Shown here: positions 14,274-16,037 of the stretch, one piece after another
Numbering within the stretch: position 1 is the stretch's first letter
How the letters are laid out: the number at the start of each line of letters is the position of its first letter
Origin: Halalkalibacterium halodurans
Lineage (GTDB): Bacteria > Bacillota > Bacilli > Bacillales > Bacillaceae_D
DNA length: 16,037 bases
Assembly (NCBI RefSeq): GCF_004376175.1
Contig: NZ_SNUY01000067.1
Span: forward strand, 1-16,037
Direction: 5' to 3'
Notes under the pieces: generated by a model
Told to the model about the DNA's origin: nothing
Seen by the model: only the letters and a program-made list of their open reading frames with translations
The model's database searches: none
Position numbers and translations under genes: made by a program

Positions 14274-16036
14274 AATGTTCATTTTTTAAAACTGGAAATT
14301 AATTATCAAAATATTTTCTCGAATTCGACAAGAAACACTTGACTTTTCAAAAACACCACAATAATCGCCGGTGAAGGGATTATTTTCCCTTACTACTTGT
14401 GATTGAGGTGCCAAAATGAAACCAACGTTTATTGCACACGAAACTTATCAAAACTTCGTTCTAAATCAGTTAAATGCCCATTATTCTGGCGGCATTCTTA
14501 CCCTTGTTAATAAGGATTGGCCAGTAATTAAAAAGCTTTGGATAACTGATCTCTCTTCGGTAACTACATGGCTTGGTGATTCCTATTCCAAAAAGGGACC
14601 AAAGCCTCGTGACCCTGCTTCTATGATGCGTTCTTATCTGCTTTCATTATTTGTTCAACCTACAAAAGGTATTACTCATTGGGTTGATCAACTTCGTCGC
14701 GTTCCGTTGTATGCAATTCTTAGCGGTTTTGAACCCGGTGACACACCAGGTGTTGGAACATTTGAAGACTTTTTCAAACGTTTATGGGCCTTCGAAAGCC
14801 CGAATGTTATGCCGAAGGTCAAACCTAAAAAGAAAAAGTCAAAAAAGAAAAAGAAGCCTAAAAAGGGTGAAAAAGCTGAACCTAAGAATCCCGGAATTGT
14901 TCGTAAACTCGTTGATCGGGCAATGCGTTATGGTTCCAAACAAAAACAACTGCCAGGAGACCGATTATTTGAGTTTTTTCAATCCCAATTTTTAGCGGTT
15001 TCTACGAAACTTGGTCTTCTTGGGGATCCCGAAGCTCTAGGTGTAGTTGGAGATGGGACACCAATTGAAACAGCTAGGTACCCGAGAAGTAAATCAACCT
15101 GTAATTGTAGTGCCCAAGGACTAACGAACTGTACTCACCCACGCCAGTATTCACAACCCGACATCGACTCAGGCTGGGATAGTTCTAAGGAAAAGTACTT
15201 CAACGGATATCATCTCTACATGATATCCACTAGCGATAGCCAATACGACTTACCGCTATATCCACGGCTGCATCCTGCTTCCCGGCATGATTCAGTCAGC
15301 CTAGTGGTTAGTTCAATTGAATTTTCGCAACGGTACACCTTGGGCACGATTGATAAAATTCTTCTTGATGCAGCGCACGATGCTGAGGCCATTTATGAGC
15401 TACTTGAACATCAAAATGTGGAACCCTTCATCGATTTAAATGTTCGAACAAAGAAGAACTTTAGTACAGAAAGTGATATTCAAATATCTCCAACAGGTGT
15501 TCCAATCTGTCCGATTGGGAAGGAGATGAAGCCCAACGGGTTTGACAAATCTCAAAATCGGCAAAAATGGCGTTGTCCACTTGCTTGCGGTACCAAAAAT
15601 ACATGCTCATCACCGTGTTCAAAAGCAAAATATGGTCGGACATTCCATACATTCAGAGAGGATAATCTACGATTATTTACCAAAACACCAAGGTCCTCTG
15701 AAAAGTGGAAACTTATATACAAACGAAGAACCTCTGTTGAACGTTCTAATAAAAGAGAAAAAATAGATTATCACTTGGAATCTGGACGCCACCGGTCAAC
15801 AAAAATGTGGTACATTCGCCTATACGCCATAATGATGTGTCAGCACATCGATGCTTGGTACAGCAGTCAGAAAGAGCAGTTAAATATTGAAGAAATCATC
15901 TTTCCTAAAGCCGCCTAGTCAATTTTTAAAAAAATAATGGCAATAGGTTTCTTTGTCATGCACATTTTTGAAAATACAATGAAAATAATGAGTGTGCAGG
16001 CCATTCCAATCCAATTTCCAGTAATTTTGGTTCATT
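14274..16036 (+). mobile_element. Insertion sequence (IS1182/IS5-like); boundaries uncertain and the right end may be at about 15940
   Basis: It encodes a complete DDE transposase. Candidate IR pair A is AATG...ACTGGAAATT (14274-14300) against the reverse complement of 16013-16036, sharing AATG plus a perfect 10-mer. Candidate pair B is CATT-TTTTAAAA (14280-14291) against the reverse complement of 15925-15939. Both lie in AT-rich, low-complexity DNA. Target-site duplication cannot be assessed because the window ends at 16037. Confidence 0.6.
14416..15918 (+). CDS. DDE transposase (DUF772/InsH-like N-terminal domain + DDE_Tnp_1 catalytic domain, IS1182/IS5-like)
   Basis: The ATG follows a GAGGTG SD. 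The N-terminal GPKPRDPASMMRSYLLSLFV...LSGF...TFEDFFKRLW resembles DUF772. Candidate DDE residues lie in VVGDGTPIE, ILLDAAHDAE and SVERSNKREK, the last forming a Y-x2-R-x3-E-x6-K motif (YKRRTSVERSNKREK). A Cys-rich insertion (CPIGKEM...WRCPLACGTKNTCSSPC) is typical of IS1182-like enzymes. Confidence 0.85.
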   Translation: MKPTFIAHETYQNFVLNQLNAHYSGGILTLVNKDWPVIKKLWITDLSSVTTWLGDSYSKKGPKPRDPASMMRSYLLSLFVQPTKGITHWVDQLRRVPLYAILSGFEPGDTPGVGTFEDFFKRLWAFESPNVMPKVKPKKKKSKKKKKPKKGEKAEPKNPGIVRKLVDRAMRYGSKQKQLPGDRLFEFFQSQFLAVSTKLGLLGDPEALGVVGDGTPIETARYPRSKSTCNCSAQGLTNCTHPRQYSQPDIDSGWDSSKEKYFNGYHLYMISTSDSQYDLPLYPRLHPASRHDSVSLVVSSIEFSQRYTLGTIDKILLDAAHDAEAIYELLEHQNVEPFIDLNVRTKKNFSTESDIQISPTGVPICPIGKEMKPNGFDKSQNRQKWRCPLACGTKNTCSSPCSKAKYGRTFHTFREDNLRLFTKTPRSSEKWKLIYKRRTSVERSNKREKIDYHLESGRHRSTKMWYIRLYAIMMCQHIDAWYSSQKEQLNIEEIIFPKAA

Positions 16037-16037
16037 T

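Noticed and set aside
14651-15766. Alternate-frame ORFs inside the transposase gene (14651-14995 plus, 15461-15652 minus, 15542-15766 plus).
   Set aside because: The 14651 ORF is in the +1 frame, not the -1 frame reachable from the A AAA AAG heptamer, and its K/R richness simply reflects the A-rich DNA. The others have no support.
15919-16037. Two open minus-strand frames at the right edge. One is a 38-codon ORF from ATG 16035 to TGA 15919 (MNQNYWKLDWNGLHTHYF...). The other is a frame entering from beyond the window and ending at TGA 15956-15958.
   Set aside because: The DNA is AT-rich and the upstream context lies outside the window. The region overlaps the candidate IS terminal repeat and has no recognisable motifs. 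If real, the second frame would favour the shorter IS boundary at about 15940.
1-16037. A search of the whole window for a defence island, toxin-antitoxin pair, CRISPR array, prophage genes, tRNA or rRNA.
   Set aside because: I saw no repeat-spacer periodicity, no tRNA-like cloverleaf candidates, and no nuclease, ATPase or methylase-type ORFs. Every large ORF has a mundane metabolic, transport, regulatory or IS assignment.

Overview
This window reads as an ordinary Bacillaceae chromosomal segment. Many products align closely with my recollection of B. subtilis proteins, and the secreted proteins are notably acidic. I found no rRNA, tRNA or CRISPR array, and no recognisable defence, toxin or secretion system. 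Gene order, left to right: (1) a guanidine-I (ykkC-type) riboswitch with its own promoter and terminator, driving a paired SMR guanidinium exporter (ykkC/ykkD); (2) a convergent secreted subtilisin-family S8 protease; (3) lipoate-protein ligase lplJ; (4) an AldB/AcoD-type aldehyde dehydrogenase translationally coupled to a DUF779 protein; (5) an SRPBCC-fold protein on the minus strand; (6) a tandem YtkA/FixH-like lipoprotein whose two domains are separated by one in-frame TAA; (7) an ArsR-HTH + DUF2087 regulator and the diacylglycerol kinase dagK, both on the minus strand; (8) a peptidoglycan-recycling cluster of nagZ (GH3), namZ (DUF1343) and a NagP-like PTS EIICB; (9) an IS element with a 500-aa DUF772+DDE transposase running to the right edge. 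I do not see a convincing novel multi-gene system. The items most worth a second look are the stop-interrupted His-rich lipoprotein, the two function-unknown partnerships (ALDH-DUF779 and ArsR-DUF2087), the reduced nagZ-namZ-PTS module, and the IS junction. All family calls come from motif recognition by eye, with no database search.
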